DNA of 64,000 bases from Eledone cirrhosa (taxonomy: Eukaryota), in assembly GCA_964016885.1 (NCBI GenBank), contig OZ024740.1, forward strand, positions 220,782,001-220,846,000. The letters are read 5' to 3'. The notes under the pieces were generated by a model. It searched no databases and had not been told where the DNA came from. It saw nothing but the letters and a program-made list of their open reading frames with translations. Each line of letters starts with the position of its first letter. Position 1 is the stretch's first letter. The translations under genes and the position numbers were made by a program. Below, in pieces: positions 37,267 through 50,123 of this stretch.

Positions 37267-40200
37267 GGCGACCTACGTAGGAAATCGTATTATCGTGAGC
37301 TCCGCAAAGGTTTGTTGTTTTCGTTTTTTTAAAATTGCCATTTATGGAAAATTTTTGTTGTTAAATATTTATAAAGTCACAAAATTTGCTTTCGGAAAAG
37401 GACACTCAAAAAGATTGGGGCCTTGAGCTCAAAATTTAAACTTTTATAATTATCAAATAAAAAATTTCTTTGAAAAAATCATGGACGACTCACAGCTACA
37501 CCAAGTAGCTGAGAGCCTTCCTCATAAACTAACACCTCACACCAACACCACCATTGTAAATATTACTACGTTTGCCAACACTAAAAATATAAGCAGTAGC
37601 AATAATTTAAATTTGTCTCATGCAGACATTCATTTCCCGCCCTTACCAATGACGCAGGTGTTGAGGCCGCCACCCCCACCACAGCGACAACAGAAACAAA
37701 AGAAAAAAATAAATTATCTCGTGACATCGAAATGGATTCTCCCAGAATGGACTCTTCCACACCGAACACCACTGACGCCACCACCACCACAACTGAAACT
37801 AAAAATAACAATAACAAAAGTAACAATAACAACAACAGCAACAACAACAATGAGAATAACAACATCGTATCTTTTGCTAAAGCAGTTAAATCATGCGAAA
37901 CAATCCAGGTAACTCAGGAGGAACTAGATGAAGCCAAGGAAATGGTAAAGAAAGATGGGTACAGGGTCAGCCTCACCCCTCCCACCAAATAAAATGGAGC
38001 ATCGGCGCCTATGCACCGTGTCTTATCGGACGATTAACATAAAATCGCGCCGAGTGGAACGGGCATCCGAGTCACAAATCCAAAAAGCTTTGGGACATGT
38101 GTGGGCCAAAAAAATCCACATCAGACGTGCGCAGAAATATGGAACCGTGGACGTGTTCTTTGGAACACCACAGGAGGCCAGAGAACACTCCATGGCTCCA
38201 TTAAGAAGTGACGACTTCACACTCGTCCCAAGCTATTGTGGCCAGAGACTCGTGAAGATCAGGGTGACCCACGTTCCACCGGCCATCGAAATTCCCTGGC
38301 TAATGGCTGTCGTCTAAGCAGGAGAACTGGTCCGGATCTGGGATGGAGCTCCTGATCCAAGCGGACCAAAAAAGCATTGAGGAGATCCCAGAGGTAATAG
38401 ACCTCACTGACGGCGGCCACCTCACCGTAATCGTCGAGGGCAGAAAGGCCTAGGTGTGTCGTTTGTGGTGAAGGAACCCTCCTAAGGGCTTTCTGCCCTC
38501 AGGCTAAAAGGTTGAGGCCACCTCTCTTACCCACCCCAGTGACACAACCATCAACACCACCAGCTGAAGAAATGGCAGCAACAACTGTAGCAGCAACAAC
38601 AGAAGCAACTGTAACAACAACAACCCCAGCAACAGTAGCAAAACCAACACCACCACCACCACCCAACGCGCCAGAACTAGTACCAGCGCCTACACCATCC
38701 ACCACGCCACAACCAAAACCAACGCCTGTGGAGGATTTTCCACTCCCCGACCTATCGCAACTGGAGACAGATTGTGACGACGAGGAGTGGGAAATGGTAC
38801 CAGAAAAAAAGAAAAAAAGAAAAAGAAGCCAAAAAAGAAAAAATCCCCTTCCTTCCCCCCAAAAAAAACAAAATACAGAGGGAAACAAATAAACTATCAA
38901 ACAAAAAAGTTAGGACAGCTATGCCACCATCCACACCAGCATCACCAACCCCATCACCACAAACACCAACACCATCACCATCACCATCATTAACCCCAAC
39001 ACCACCATCACCAACACCACAAAAGTCACCAAAAAGCGAAACAGAAACAAACCCACAACAAACGCAAACAAAACAAAACAATCAAAACGATACACACTAC
39101 ACAGCATTAAATTTGAACAACAACTAATTATTACACTACATCCAACACAACACCAGCATCACAGAAAAAGACTACACAACAGCCCAAAAGTTCACACCAC
39201 CTCCACACATATAAATCACTCGCATCACACAGAAAACGTACACGACACTAAAACAAAAATTCCCCAAAGACATCGGAGACTTCCGACAAGCACTCTCCAG
39301 GAGGATTTATAAGGACATCCTTCCGGAGGAGGCCACAAGCAGTGACAAGGATGGAGAAACCATCCTTCCTCTACGAGAAGTAAGGTAAGTGGTCTTTCCC
39401 ATCTTTTGCACTCCATTTCAACATGACCTCACTCAGAATAGGCAGCATAAATGCGCGTGGCTTGGGGTCGTCATGGAAGCAGGGCCACCTGCTCAACGAC
39501 CTCATGTCACTAAACATAGATGTAGTGGCCATCAGTGAGACCAGAATCTCCGAAGCACGGGCCTTCGCACAGATCTTCGGCGGCTACGATGTGTACGCAT
39601 CTCCCAGCCGTCCTGGATCGGGGGGAGGAGTTGCTGTGCTTTTTCGGAGAGGTTTGGATCTCGCCATACGGGCCATCTTCATGAACACAGAAGGTAAGTT
39701 GGTGGTGCTGGACGTGACCATCGGAGACGGGTAAGCTTTCAGGCTAGTGGCCGTCTATGCCCCGACAGGAGCAGGGCGGCCTGATTTCTTCCGGCGTCTG
39801 GAGACCTTTCTTGGAACATCCCGCTCTTTAGTGTTAGTGGGCGACTGGAACGGGATCTTAGATGCACGCTGGGACTGTGTGGGATTAGTGGATAGGGGAG
39901 GATGGTGCAAGAGCCTCACCAACCTGCTTAGGCGTTTTGAACTGTCTGACAGGTACCGATTGGATTTCCCGAATGTGCCAATGTGGACTTGGACAAACCG
40001 TATCGGGTCATCCAGATCATATCTAGATAGAGTATTTTGTAGGGAAATAGATAGGTCTAGCATATGCTGTCCACAATTCAAGATATTCAGCTACACGGAC
40101 CACAAATTCGTGATCTGTGTGGTTGACTTAGATAGGCTTCATAGACGAGGACCCGGCTACTGGAAGCTAAACGCGTCCTTACCAGCGCACAAGGCATACA

Positions 40201-43105
40201 GAGACCGGATTAGCGAACTAGTTAAGCGGGCGTTGACGGGGACCATCGTCACCAACAAGTGGTGGTTTGCTCTGAAAAGAGCGATTAGAATAGTGTCCAT
40301 TAAGTTTAGTAAGGCTTTAGCAATAGAGAAAAATAGAGCAGAGGGAGAACTAGTTAGAAAATTAGACGTACTTGCGGCGAAATTGGTCCATGACCAATTC
40401 TTCAATGCAAAGCACGAAGGCTGCGTTGTCAGAGCTAGGGTGCATGCTCTCAGACACGAGGGGACGAAGCCGCTCAATGGGCCCGAGTGGCGGAGGCGCG
40501 TCGTGGCAACAAAGCCACGATCCGGTCACTGGTGGACCACCACGGGCGCATGCTACTCGATCACGAGCAAATGTGTAAGCTTTTCAGCGACACTTCGCTC
40601 AGCTGTTCGGGGGCAGCGGCGGGCCGGATCGAGGCGGAGTGTTGCGTAAAGCCGATAACAGCCGCTGAAGTACGGGAAGCAATGACTGGCTGCAGAAGGG
40701 GAAAATCGCCTGGTTTGGATGGTCTGCCCTATGAACTTTACGTACAGATGCCAGACATGTTCGGAGGCCTCTTGGCGGACGTCTACTGCAACTAGCAACA
40801 GAACGGGAGAATTCCCAGCTCTGTGAGCCGAGGAGCGGTGGCGCTGCTGAGAAAGGATCCGAACAAGGGGGATAACAGATAATTTCAGGCCTATAACTCT
40901 GCTAAACGCAGAGTTCAAGATTTTGGCAAAGGTGCCAGCAAAGAGGTTGGGGCTTGTCGTTGGTGGTCTGGTGGGAGAGGCGCAGACATGCGCCATTCCC
41001 GACAGATCCAGTCACGACAACCTCCACCTCATGCGATACATCGTGGAGAGGGTAGCTAGGGAACCTGGCACGGGTGGGTCCTTGATCAATTTAGATCAGT
41101 CGAAAGCTTTCGATAGGGTCGACCATCGTTACCTGGCGGCAGTCCTGAGGGCGGCTGGCTTTGGGCCCATCTTCAGAGGCTGAATCGCTGCAATGCACAG
41201 CGACATCTGCTCTGTGGTGAGAGTGAACGGTCATCTTTCGGAACCGTTGAACATCATGCGCTCGGTCCGCCAAGGATGTCCTCTCTCGTCCCTCTTGTAC
41301 GTATTGACTCTCGAGCCATTACTACACAAACTGTAGACGTTGAGGTGTGGGGGGGGGGGGGGGCGAACTAGGATGCGGAAGATCCGTGTCAGCATATGCG
41401 GACGATGTCACCGTAGTGGTGTCGAACGCCAAACACATCGAGGCGATCGGCACTACACTAAGAGAATACGAAGCGGTGACAGGAGCAATGATCAACCAGG
41501 AAAAGTCAGTGGGCCTGCAGCTCGGCACCTGGAAAGGCAGGTCCATGCCGTCCAACAGCGTCGTCGGGCGCTGGACGGACGGACCGGTTAAATTGCTAGG
41601 GGCCTGGTTCGGTCCGGACCTCTAGACGGACAAAAACTGGGACGAGGTGACGAGCAGGGTGGCTTCTCTCACCCAGAAGTTGGCCGAGAGGAAGCTATCC
41701 CTGAAAGGTCGAGCGGAGGTGGCTAACGCGTACATCGCGTCCGTCATGTACTACCGCCTGACCGTAATGTCTTGTCCTAAGTCCCGCCTGACTGCGCTGG
41801 AACGTTTGCTCTTTCGCTTTTTGTGAAAGGGACGCGCTCCGATGGTCAGGCGGTCCATCTGCTGTCAACCCCCGCTACGTGAAGGGCTGGGCATGCCGTG
41901 GCTGATGATGCGCAGACACCCGCTCAGGCTACGACATCTCCACCTCTTCCTCGACGGTGATCAGGTGTGGTCGTCGTTTGCTAGACGCGTCTTTCCCGAG
42001 CTCGTCTCCTTGACGGAGCTGCAGTCCTGGGTCAAGCGAAGACCTAGAGGGAGCGCTTGGAGACTGGAATGTCTTCAGGCACTCACAGCCCTCGACCAAT
42101 CGGGAAATGTGATCGGTGGAAACTCCACCTTGGCGTTCTATAGAGGATTAGTGGAGGGGAAGAGCGACGACGTACTTGGGAAACTCTAGGCGTCGACGAA
42201 AATCAACTAGCCAATCTCTTCGGAAGAACTTTCGGGCCGGGGCCTATGGATAACTTCCAGAAATCCCTGGCCTGGCAGTGCTACCGTGGAGCTTTGCCAG
42301 TTCGGGATAAACTCTACAGGCATGGAGGTGCAGTCAGCCGGGCATGTCCGAGATGCGCGCAGGGCGACGAAACCGTCCTGCACGCACTCGTCCAGTGTCC
42401 GAGCATTGCTGACTTGTGGGTTTATGTCGAACACCTGCTGTTGCGTGTAGGACGGATCCAGCTATCAGTTGAGTCCATCGTGAAGATTTCCCCGCCCTCT
42501 TCCTTTAGCCGAGAAGGGCAGGCAGTTTTTATCTGTCTGGTGGCCATGGCGAAAGAGATAGTATGGTGGACACGTTTGAAAGGGCTGAAGACGAGCACTT
42601 ACCTCTTCGGTGATGCCCTGATTAACTTTTTCAAATTTCATTTGAAAAGGAAAATCAGAGTAGAGAGGGAAGTGCTCTCTTCCCAGCATTTTGTTGAAAG
42701 ATAGGTGAGAGAAGCAAGAATGGCCGGAGTGAATGGGCCTACTCTGAGTATGTGTCTGTAAATTAAAGGTGGAAAACTGGGAGAGGGCACTTGCCTTGGT
42801 GGTCAGGGTCACTGTGGCCTTTTACTGGGCTTTCTCCACAAATGTCCCTCGGAAGTCTCCCCCGTATTGGGGAATTTTTCATTGTTAATTTTTTTGTTAC
42901 ATCCTCTGTTTTTGTTTTTTACACGCAGAAATGCCCATTTGTACCGCCCTGTATTGTCCTGTACTGTCCTTAATGTTTACTTTATGTAAACCCTTGTGGT
43001 TAATAAAGAAAGTATTATTATTATTATTATTACATGTCCTGTACTGTCCTTAATGTTTACTTTATGTAAACCCTTGTGGTTAATAAAGAAAGTATAATAA
43101 TTATT
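37267..43105 (+). mobile_element. L1/Tx1-type copy E, full length, degenerate, with duplicated 3' terminus
   Basis: Starts GG after (ATT)n; ORF1 remnants; ORF2 ATG 39423 (SINARGL, YTDHK, YADD); last ~70 bp repeated (42955-43030, 43036-43105). Confidence 0.95.
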
Positions 43106-43435
43106 AGGGCTGTGTATTGACAGTATCGGTAGAGGGTCGGACGCCATGCTTTGACGCATAGAGTTACGGCCCTTGCCATTCTGAGGTCAAATCCCGCCGA
43201 GGTTAACTTTGCCTTTCATCCTTACGGGGTCGATAAAATAAAGTACCAGTAATGTACTGGGTAATTGCTGGCCGTGTGCCAAAAAGTAGAAACAATTATT
43301 ATTATTATTGGTCTAAACAATTATTATTATTATTATTGGTCTTGCCTTTCATCCTTACGGGGTCGATAAAATATAGTACCAGTAATGCACTGGGTAATTG
43401 CTGGCCTTGTGCCTAAAGTAGAAACAATTATTATT
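43106..43435 (+). mobile_element. SINE plus partial SINE duplicate with (ATT)n tails
   Basis: Same family as 24748. Confidence 0.9.
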
Positions 43436-45125
43436 GGTCGAAGCGGACGTATTTTGCTCGCTCCCAGTAAGTTGCTTTATTTGCCTGTTAAAATTATTTG
43501 TTGTTAAATATTTCTTGTTGTGTAAGGGATATAAGCCCTTAGACTTTGCCCCGTGAAAGGGAAAGTATAATATTTGGGCCTTTTGGCCCAAATATTTGAA
43601 CTTTTTTTACATGTTAAAAAATTTACGGAGAAAAAAAAACATGACTGAGCCACGCCCCCCAGCGATATGTCGGCTATCGTGCAACAACGACGTAGAAGTT
43701 CAGAGGAGCGCTACAGCGAAATTAACACACATTGATAACACAAACACCACCACAAACAATGTAAACAAAGACACCAATGATACCAATGAGAACTCTAATT
43801 TTGACAAAAATGACAGTAACAGCGACAACGAAAATACAGATAACAAAAAAAAAAATAACAAATGCAACAATATCAACACCACTAACATGAAAACAAATAG
43901 CGACAACACCAACACCAACAATACCAACTGCACCGAGAACAACGGTGGCAACAAAGACAACAATGATAACAGCGACAGTGATAACAACAACACCAACAAG
44001 AACAACGACAACGACAACAACACCCCCCAACGAAAACAAGAAGAAAACTTTCGCTGCGGCAGCAGCAAAAGAGAGGCCATGCTTCAACATGGACCTCTCA
44101 AACAAAGATGAAAAGTTGGCCAAGGCATGGAAGCTCATCAAGCAAGAGCAAACCTGGGCCAACGTAACTGTCCTGGTAGAAGCTATTGAGGCAGTGGAGC
44201 GCAGAACGGTGCATTATAGATGCATCTCAGCACAAACCAAAAGGGCAGCTTTAATCCCACAAGCAGATGTCGAAGTCGCACTGAGGTGCATCAGAGAAGA
44301 TACCGAATACATAGAGAGGGGCAGACAGTACGGCACCATTTCGGTGTTGTTCAAGTCAGAAGCCCTCGCTATGAAACACGCTATGACTCCTTGCAAAACC
44401 AGCAAGGTCTTAATGTACCCCTCCCACATGGGAAAAAGAACGGCCCGTCTCCGCATTGCCAGAATCCCACCAGGACTTGATATGTGGTGGCTTCTGGGAT
44501 GTGTGATTGTGGAGGGGACGGATACCGTCCCTATAGAAGTGACCAGAACGACCAGAGAGGACTGGTTCGGGGTTGACCTGGATATCCTTCTCCAGATCAG
44601 ACCTGGATATCCTTCTCCACATCCGCCTTCAGAATGAGACGGTCATTCACATTATGACCGAAGGTAAAGGGCCGCAGTGTTTTGTTTGTGGGGAAAAACC
44701 CATTTGCGAGCCTTCTGCCCTCAACTGCTGAAAGAGGCCAGGGGTCGAAAGGCTCCACTGCTGCCGACGCCGGCGCGAGGACCACAACCAACACCAGCAC
44801 CGGAAAAACCACCAACAACAACACCAATAGAAAGACCACCACTAACATTGACCACCCAGGGGGGAAACGAGGAAAGCTGTCAAATGCCCCCCCCCCCCCA
44901 AAAAAAAATACACACACCAATAAAAACATAAACATACATACAGACACACTTACAGACACAGACCCCTCATCTACCAGTAGCGAAGATGAGGGAAAACCCA
45001 AATCCCTCAAAATACAAAAAAGGAAACACAAAAAGAAAAAAAAAATTCAACAAAGCCCAAAATCACCCACAAAAAAAAACGCAGACACCACCCACGCAAA
45101 CATCTCTCCAATAACACCTTCATTT
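43436..45125 (+). mobile_element. Tx1-type copy F: 5' UTR and ORF1 only (3'-truncated)
   Basis: 5' UTR matches copy A; ORF1 core similar to copy B; CFVCG..HLRAFC knuckle. Confidence 0.85.
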
Positions 45126-45199
45126 TCCAAGAAAAGTAGAATTGTACTAGAATTATGAGTAATCATAACATTTCCATTCATTCAACGTTTATATTATTT

Positions 45200-45385
45200 G
45201 GATTGGCAGTATCGGTAGAGTGTCGAACACCATGCTTTGCAGCATAGTTACGGCTATTTACGGTTTGAGTTCAAATCCCACCGAGGTTAACTTTGCCTTT
45301 CATCCTTACGAGGTCGATAAAATAAAGTACCAGTAATGTACTGGGATAATTGCTGGCCTTGTGCCAAAGGTTAAAACAATTATTT
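45200..45385 (+). mobile_element. SINE (Meta-like family)
   Basis: A/B box, core, tail. Confidence 0.88.
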
Positions 45386-45559
45386 TTGTTATGATCACAA
45401 TATATATATATATATATATATACGTGTGACGGTATTTTAACGATAGTTATAGCTCTGATTTATTTGAATTATAGAGCCCTTTGCCGCTCATCTCGAATTT
45501 TGTTTATCGTGAACTCGTGCGCCGATTTTTCGATACTCGATTATTTTACTATATATATA

Positions 45560-45717
45560 TATGGCATACGTTAAGACGGGCGGTCTGGAAAGTGAAAGTA
45601 ATTTTTGACACTGATTTTTTTTTTGATTTTTTTACAACAGGTCTCAATAGTGTAATTTACGATACACACGCAATTGTATGGATTTCTTAATATATATATG
45701 TGTGCCCGTCTTGACGT

Positions 45718-45790
<73 letters not shown>

Positions 45791-46228
45791 TGAAAGATTA
45801 CTAAAAACTGGACATCGATTGATATTAGTTAGATGTAGCAAGGGCTCTGTGTATGGCGAGGACAGAAGTAGACTTTTTAAATAACTATATATATATAAAT
45901 ATATATTAGATATTATAATTCGGTTCTTCCTAGTTAGACGTTCAAACGATGTAATAGTATAGGGTTTGTTTTCTCATAGTTCTGACTTATAATGATGTAG
46001 TGAGAGACAGTAGATTGTAAACAAATATATAAAGAAAAACACACACATTATATATATACACACACACACATATATATATATACACACATATATATATATT
46101 AAGAAATCCATACAATTGCGTGTGTATCGTAACTTACACTATTGAGACCTGTTGTAAAAAAAACAAACAAACAAATTCACAGTGTCAAAAATTACTTTCA
46201 CTTTCCAGACCGCCCGTGATGACGTATG

Positions 46229-46232
<4 letters not shown>
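45560..46232. mobile_element. MITE-like element in (TA)n: 21-bp TIR unit (45561-45724) plus inverted ~140-bp copy (46092-46230)
   Basis: ATGGCATACGTTAAGACGGGC / GCCCGTCTTGACGTATGCCAT; 46092-46230 is the reverse complement of 45564-45703. Confidence 0.7.
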
Positions 46233-46297
<65 letters not shown>

Positions 46298-46859
46298 TTG
46301 AAAAGGCTTGCTGAACACACACCCATAAAAAACCTAAACAAAAGCAAACCAAAAAAATAAAAAAAAACCCTAAAACAACAACAAAAAAAACAAAGACAAT
46401 ATAAAATTAACATCAATAAAAAAATGTAAACCGGATCTAAATGAAACCTAGCCATCGAGTCAGTTTGCTTGATATACGTGCACGTACACCAACTTCACCT
46501 TTATCTGCCCTTTCATCTGACTTCACTCCCACCAACATAACGTTACGTAACCACCACTAGACATGAGCTCATGGCCCCCTCCCATCTACCGCCACCAATC
46601 TCATTGTGTGCACGCCGACACGTAAAAATAAAGGCTCCGTTGGTTTAAGCTATTTTTATAAAGGATGCCACAGTATGTACGATATATAATGATTACAATA
46701 TTTTTTAGCAACAACTCTAGTCCCACACTTTTGAAGGTTTATTATAACATTCTGTGGCACTTTTGAGCTTGCGCATTTTTCATGTCTAGTATATATATGT
46801 ATGCACACGTATATATTTAACGAAGGGTATTTATAAATTGGCAACGAAGATATTAGTGG

Positions 46860-46893
46860 TGGTTCATGAGGTTGGTGTAGTCTGAGACCAGGT

Positions 46894-46960
<67 letters not shown>

Positions 46961-47101
46961 ATGGTCTGTAGTTGACTGTAGACCACTGTGTTGTTGGTTC
47001 ATGAGGTTGGTGTAGTCTGAGACCAGGAGAGAGAGTAATGGTCTGTAGTTGACTGTAGACCACTGTGTTGTTGGTTCATGAGGTTGGTGTAGTCTGAGAC
47101 C

Positions 47102-47134
<33 letters not shown>

Positions 47135-47297
47135 ATGGTCTGTAGTTGACTGTAGACCACTGTGTTGTTGGTTCATGAGGTTGGTGTAGTCTGAGACCAG
47201 GAGAGAGAGAGAGGGAGAGAGAGAGAGAGAGTAATGGTCTGTAGTTGACTGTAGACCACTGTGTTGTTGGTTCATGAGGTTGGTGTAGTCTGAGACC

Positions 47298-47335
<38 letters not shown>

Positions 47336-47500
47336 AATGGTCTGTAGTTGACTGTAGACCACTGTGTTGTTGGTTCATGAGGTTGGTGTAGTCTGAGACC
47401 AGGTGAGAGAGAGAGAGAGAGAGAGAGAGGGGAGTAATGGTCTGTAGTTGACTGTAGACCACTGTGTTGTTGGTTCATGAGGTTGGTGTAGTCTGAGACC

Positions 47501-47536
<36 letters not shown>

Positions 47537-47704
47537 AGTAATGGTCTGTAGTTGACTGTAGACCACTGTGTTGTTGGTTCATGAGGTTGGTGTAGTCTGA
47601 GACCAGGAGAGAGAGAGAGAGAGAGAGAGGGGGGGGAGTAATGGTCTGTAGTTGACTGTAGACCACTGTGTTGTTGGTTCATGAGGTTGGTGTAGTCTGA
47701 GACC

Positions 47705-47770
<66 letters not shown>

Positions 47771-47838
47771 AGTAATGGTCTGTAGTCGACTGTAGACCAC
47801 TGTGTTGTTGGTTCATGAGGTTGGTGTAGTCTGAGACC

Positions 47839-47915
<77 letters not shown>

Positions 47916-47922
47916 AGTAATG
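46860..47922. repeat. Tandem array: 69-bp conserved unit separated by variable (GA)n spacers
   Basis: Full units start at 46958, 47035, 47132, 47231, 47334, 47434, 47538, 47638, 47772; partial units at 46860 and 47917. Confidence 0.97.
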
Positions 47923-48122
47923 NNNNNNNNNNNNNNNNNNNNNNNNNNNNNNNNNNNNNNNNNNNNNNNNNNNNNNNNNNNNNNNNNNNNNNNNNNNNNN
48001 NNNNNNNNNNNNNNNNNNNNNNNNNNNNNNNNNNNNNNNNNNNNNNNNNNNNNNNNNNNNNNNNNNNNNNNNNNNNNNNNNNNNNNNNNNNNNNNNNNNN
48101 NNNNNNNNNNNNNNNNNNNNNN
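47923..48122. other. Assembly gap (200 N)
   Basis: N run. Confidence 1.
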
Positions 48123-48194
48123 TTTCTTCAGCCCACAAGTTTTGGAGGTCCTGAAAAGAGTGATGGACACTGCTCTCCTTCTTCACTAATAAAC

Positions 48195-48231
<37 letters not shown>

Positions 48232-48404
48232 TTTAGTACGTTAGAAAATGGCTTCAATTTTTTTTTATATTCGTATAAATTCAGTTTAGTGATTCTTGTC
48301 TTCGATTATATTTCTTCACAACCATTTTTTAATAATGTATATTTTTAAAGAAATTTTGTAGTTTCAAAGGTGTATATTATGTTCATGAAATTTTAAAAAG
48401 GTAT

Positions 48405-48487
<83 letters not shown>

Positions 48488-49739
48488 CAATTTAGAGTTA
48501 CAGAAATGACATTACGTTCCAGTATAAATTCTACGGCATTATCATAATTCAAGTCAAGGCTTGATGAAAATAAAGCCGTGTTTAGGTTTAGCTTTCTTCA
48601 AATACAGATCAATAGTATTCAGTAAATGAAAGCATGGAAGTATACAATAATGAAAGCCTTAAGAAATAATCATAATGTACATCTTTGAAATCATATCTTT
48701 ACAAAATTTGATTAAAAAGTATGCATTCTTAAGAAAGTAATTCTTTTTTTTATGCTTGCAAATAAATATATTTGGTAGTTTCTACTCATTGACTTTGCTT
48801 CAAGGAATGCCATGTTTTTTTATGGCAAAAACCAAGAAATATTTATTTGACAGCATAACAGGAAGAAAACTAAAATATTTCAGACATTACTATAAATTGG
48901 TCAAACATACAGAAAAAGAAAGCAGTATTGTAAATGGCATAAGTGAGTGAAAAAGGAGGGAAAGAGCAAGGGCCACTAGGCAATGGAAGAAAGAAAGGGA
49001 AAAACGGAGAGGGTGACAGACCCTACACCAAGGTCAGAGGGGGTGTTTCGGCTGTGCCTCGCGGACAAAATGGGAGGGCACTAAACTTGTTATGTGTGGA
49101 TGAACGAAATGTAATTTTCTTTAAAATTTTCAAAGAGATTAATCACTATGAGCGAACAAATTCAGTTGTGTATACCAGAATAATTATTAAAAACCATTCC
49201 ATTTACCCAACACTTTTCTTTTTCAGTAGTGGACGGTGACATTTACCCATCAATTATTCCGAAAAGCCGTACTAAGAAACCAAAATGTATCCTTTATCTT
49301 AATTGTATAAGTCATTCAAAATATCTAAAACCAAAAAGAACCCAAGTGACAGAAAATAGTTATTTGTAACAATTACTATATTTTTCGAAGAAAAATATTT
49401 TTCAAGATATGCTATTGTTTACGATTGTTATTGGGTAAAAGTTCAATATGATATTCAAAATAGTTATATATATATATCAATATACCGTATATGCCCACGT
49501 ACAAGTCGGTCCGGCGCATAGGTCGACTTCTAAAATGCTGAGGTGTAATTCAGGTTTAGGCCTATATTCACCTGATAAGATGCCCCCCCCCCCCCATCCA
49601 CAAAAAAGCAGTACCATCTCCCCAGTCATAGATGCGCTTGCCATTCTTTATTCTTTATTCACCGAGTAAACCAACCTAGCCTAACCTTCAAAAACCTATG
49701 GTAACCTACCCTATGAGCTACAGCAAGTTGGCAGCCAGA

Positions 49740-49955
49740 AGGCTCATTTGGCTGGTGCTTATCCCTGTTTCATGGCGTGAAGCGACTGAGAGTACAAGAC
49801 CCCCCCCCCCTCCCCTGACAGGACGTCAGTTCATCGCAGGGTTTAAACCTCCAGTTATTGCTGGTACTCATTTTCAGCTGAGTATACTGGAACAACATGA
49901 AATTAAGTGTTTTGCTCAAGAACACAACACCCTTACCACTAGGCCACGTGCCTCC
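49740..49955 (-). mobile_element. Second tRNA-derived SINE family (relatives ~60030-60240 minus, ~63420-63540 plus)
   Basis: Shared TTCTTGAGCAAAACACTT..TTTCA...CCAGTA..CTCAGCTG motif; B-box-like GGTTCAATTCC/AGTTCGATTCC in relatives. Confidence 0.6.
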
Positions 49956-49974
49956 ACACACACACACACATATA

Positions 49975-50113
49975 TAATTGTTTCTACTTTTGGTACAAGG
50001 CCAGCAATTATCCCAGTGTATTACTGGTACTTTATTTTATCGACCCCGTAAGGATGAAAGGCAAAGTTAACCTCGGCGGGATTTGAACTCAGAATGGCAA
50101 GGGCCGTAACTCT
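49975..50113 (-). mobile_element. SINE (Meta-like family), 5'-truncated at Helitron boundary
   Basis: Reverse complement of core and tail. Confidence 0.85.
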
Positions 50114-50123
50114 ATTAACTATA

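Noticed and set aside
46860-47922. CRISPR array
   Set aside because: Repeat too long, spacers are pure microsatellite, no cas genes, eukaryotic context
48756-49700. Short ORFs as host exons
   Set aside because: No recognisable domains or splice context; small exons of a long-intron host gene cannot be excluded without RNA data
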